A DNA stretch of 64,000 bases from Octopus vulgaris (lineage: Eukaryota), in assembly GCA_951406725.2 (NCBI GenBank), contig OX597814.1, forward strand, positions 182,838,001 through 182,902,000, in the 5' to 3' direction. Positions 61,633 through 64,000 of this stretch are shown here, piece by piece. Under the pieces are notes generated by a model, which searched no databases, was not told the origin of the DNA, and was given only the letters and a program-made list of their open reading frames with translations. Numbering within the stretch: the first letter of the stretch is position 1; the number at the start of each line of letters is the position of its first letter. The position numbers and the translations under genes were made by a program.

Positions 61633-62376
61633 ACATCGTCACTATCTTTCCAAATCCTGCTGCATTTTACATGAAAGTTTTGGCCCTCCAGAGTTGTCTT
61701 GGTGTGTAAGTCGACCATATATTTTTTAGCTGTAAATTTTGGTCGGAATAATTCAACTTGTATGCCGGAAAATACGGTATTAGTCTAATACCTAATAACA
61801 CTAATACGTATGTCTTTAAAGATTATTTGGTAGTTTGTGGATACCAGTGGTAGTTTAATTTAACAGGATTTTATTTACGAGGCAGTTTCAAAATGGAACC
61901 TATTTGATTTGGATACCAATAATCATTTCTACGACAGGCACAACTGGTACTCATTTTATCGACCTCGAAAAGGATAAAAAGCAAAGTCGACCTCAGCGGG
62001 ATTTGAACTCAGAACGTATGAAAAAAAAAAGAAACATAAAAACTGTCAAATTTAGCCTGAGCACCTTGTATTTTCAAGGATAAAAGTTTAAATGAAGTTT
62101 TTAGTCGGAGTTAGAGATAAGACACGGTAGTTATAATAAGTGGTAATGTGGTGGATACCTTTGGTACGAATTCTGCAAGTTCAGAGGTGCTGCAACAGTT
62201 GCAGTGACGCCAGAAAAGATAGAGAAAACATATGTCTGTGGGTCAGTGTTAGGTGTACGTTAGTGAGTGAAGGTTTATTAATTAGTTAGTCTCCTGTTAT
62301 CCTGAATTCTTGTGTATATAGCAGCTGATTTGTCCCACTATTCCACTATCCCATTACTATGACGTTGGTTGTATTT

Positions 62377-62608
62377 TATTTCTTTATTGCCCACAGGGAG
62401 CTAAACATAGAAGGGACAAACAAGGACAGACAAACGGATTAAGTCGATTAGATCGACCCTAGTGCGTAACTGGTACTTAATTTATCGACCCCGAAAGGAT
62501 GAAAGGCAAAGTCGACCTCGGCGGAATTTGAACTCGGAATGTAACAGCAGACGAAATACCGCTAAGCATTTCGTCCGGTGCGCTAACGTTTCTGCCAGCA
62601 CACCGTCA
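62377..62608 (-). mobile_element. SINE family B with TSD
   Basis: Flanks ttggttgtattt. Confidence 0.9.
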
Positions 62609-62863
62609 ACATTGGTTGTATTTGTGACACTATATGATATCGATGTAAACACTCATCGCTACTACTGCTATTACTTCCCCCATAAGGAGAAATTTTGAGA
62701 ACATCCTTCATATTTGATATATGAGTCTAGTCTTTTTTAGATTCGTTATGACATCAACTCAGCATATATAAAAAAAATTTGTCTTGCACCTTACTGTCTC
62801 TACACACTAATAACACTATTAATACCCAGTGTCACTACAAATACTAGGCGTCACAACTTCTTA

Positions 62864-62965
62864 AGTACCAGTTGCACACTAGGGTCGATAAAATCGACTT
62901 AATCCATTTGTCTGTTCTTGTTTGTCGCCTCTGTGTGTAGCCCCTTGTGGGCAGTAAAGAAATAA
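62864..62965 (+). mobile_element. SINE family B 3' fragment
   Basis: aagtaccagttgcacactagggtcgat...gtgggcagtaaagaaataag. Confidence 0.8.
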
Positions 62966-63835
62966 GAATCGTAGCTTAACAATTTTATTCAAGCTGACGA
63001 AGGAGACTCTCTGTGATCGTTCGATTTGTGTTACATATTCGCAGGTCACCGTGACCCACGAATATAAAACATTACAAAAACTGCTTAAAAACAAACGAAC
63101 AAGCTAGGACTACATTTTCAGGGACAGAAAAGACTTAATCTCTAATCAGTTGCCAAAATTTAAGTTTAAGTGTAACCTAAATTCGAGAATTATATATATT
63201 TGTAACATTCACTTATCCTACATCACATTCAAATAAGTGTTCTGACTAATTAGCAATTATTCACTCAGCAATGCATTACATCTACCAGCTCATAGACACT
63301 CCGATTCCACTGTATGCCGCTTCTACTACAATGATACACTGCAAAGCACTGTTTGTTCTTCATCCTCTCGTTACTTCCATGTCTTGCACTATATATTTTC
63401 GCCAATCCTTCTTGCTCAGAACTGTGATTCTTTGAATCTCTCTTTCAACGCATGTTTATCCCCACAAATATATTTAAAATGAACATGAATTTCAGGCTGT
63501 AGGTATTTCTCTCCACTTTAATTAATGCGGTCGAATACGGTATTAATGTTCAGATAATCATTTTTTTTTTTTACCTCTCCTATAATAAACCAAAATTCCC
63601 TTCCACTGAGGCGATTTCTGTGTTAATTCTGGGAAATAGCTATAGTATATATACAAAGAGCTCCTTTGACGAATTACAGAAATACATCTTTGAAGTGAAA
63701 CAAAAATTTATTGTTCTACATTGAGTTGTAGGTCTAACACGCTAACATGTTTAAGAGCATCACCCCCGTTTTGAGTTTCTTTAAAGGAGTTAAATTTGTT
63801 GTTAGTATTTGGACTGGACCCCCAGTTTTACTCCC

Positions 63836-63963
63836 TTGCACACTTTTTTGTGCACATTTTTTGTGCACACTTTTTTGTGCACATTTTTTGTGCACACTTT
63901 TTTGTGCACATTTTTGTGCACACTTTTTTGTGCACATTTTTTGTGCACACTTTTTTGTGCACA
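63836..63963. repeat. 12-14-bp minisatellite TTTTT(T)GTGCACA(C)
   Basis: About ten units, each containing the palindrome TGTGCACA. Confidence 0.92.
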
Positions 63964-64000
63964 TAAAACTGTTCTTTCGTTGAATTAGTCACACAATCCA

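Overview
AT-rich, microsatellite-dense eukaryotic DNA in which I can support no intact host gene; it is probably intergenic or a very large intron. The SINE repertoire and repeat style suggest an octopus (coleoid cephalopod) genome, which is an inference. Most ORFs in the supplied track are artefacts of simple repeats and SINEs. The window is a graveyard of mobile DNA: (i) dozens of tRNA-derived SINEs in several modular families (provisional labels A-E); (ii) LINE remnants (RTE, CR1/Jockey-like, R4/Dong-like); (iii) Penelope-like element (PLE) GIY-YIG remnants and fold-back elements; (iv) a Ty3/Gypsy 3' end with a 114-bp LTR plus a second LTR copy 56 kb away; (v) mariner, pogo, hAT and Helitron remnants and MITEs. 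The most striking signal is about ten hammerhead-ribozyme (HHR)-like motifs from several unrelated repeat families. One has a canonical catalytic core at the tip of a long rod-like hairpin (11965-12006). Two are mirrored in a near-perfect 398-bp palindrome (56493-56890). Three carry a substitution at the same core position (A6), and two fold-back elements invert exactly at the ribozyme. All family assignments come from manual motif reading; no database search or folding computation was run.
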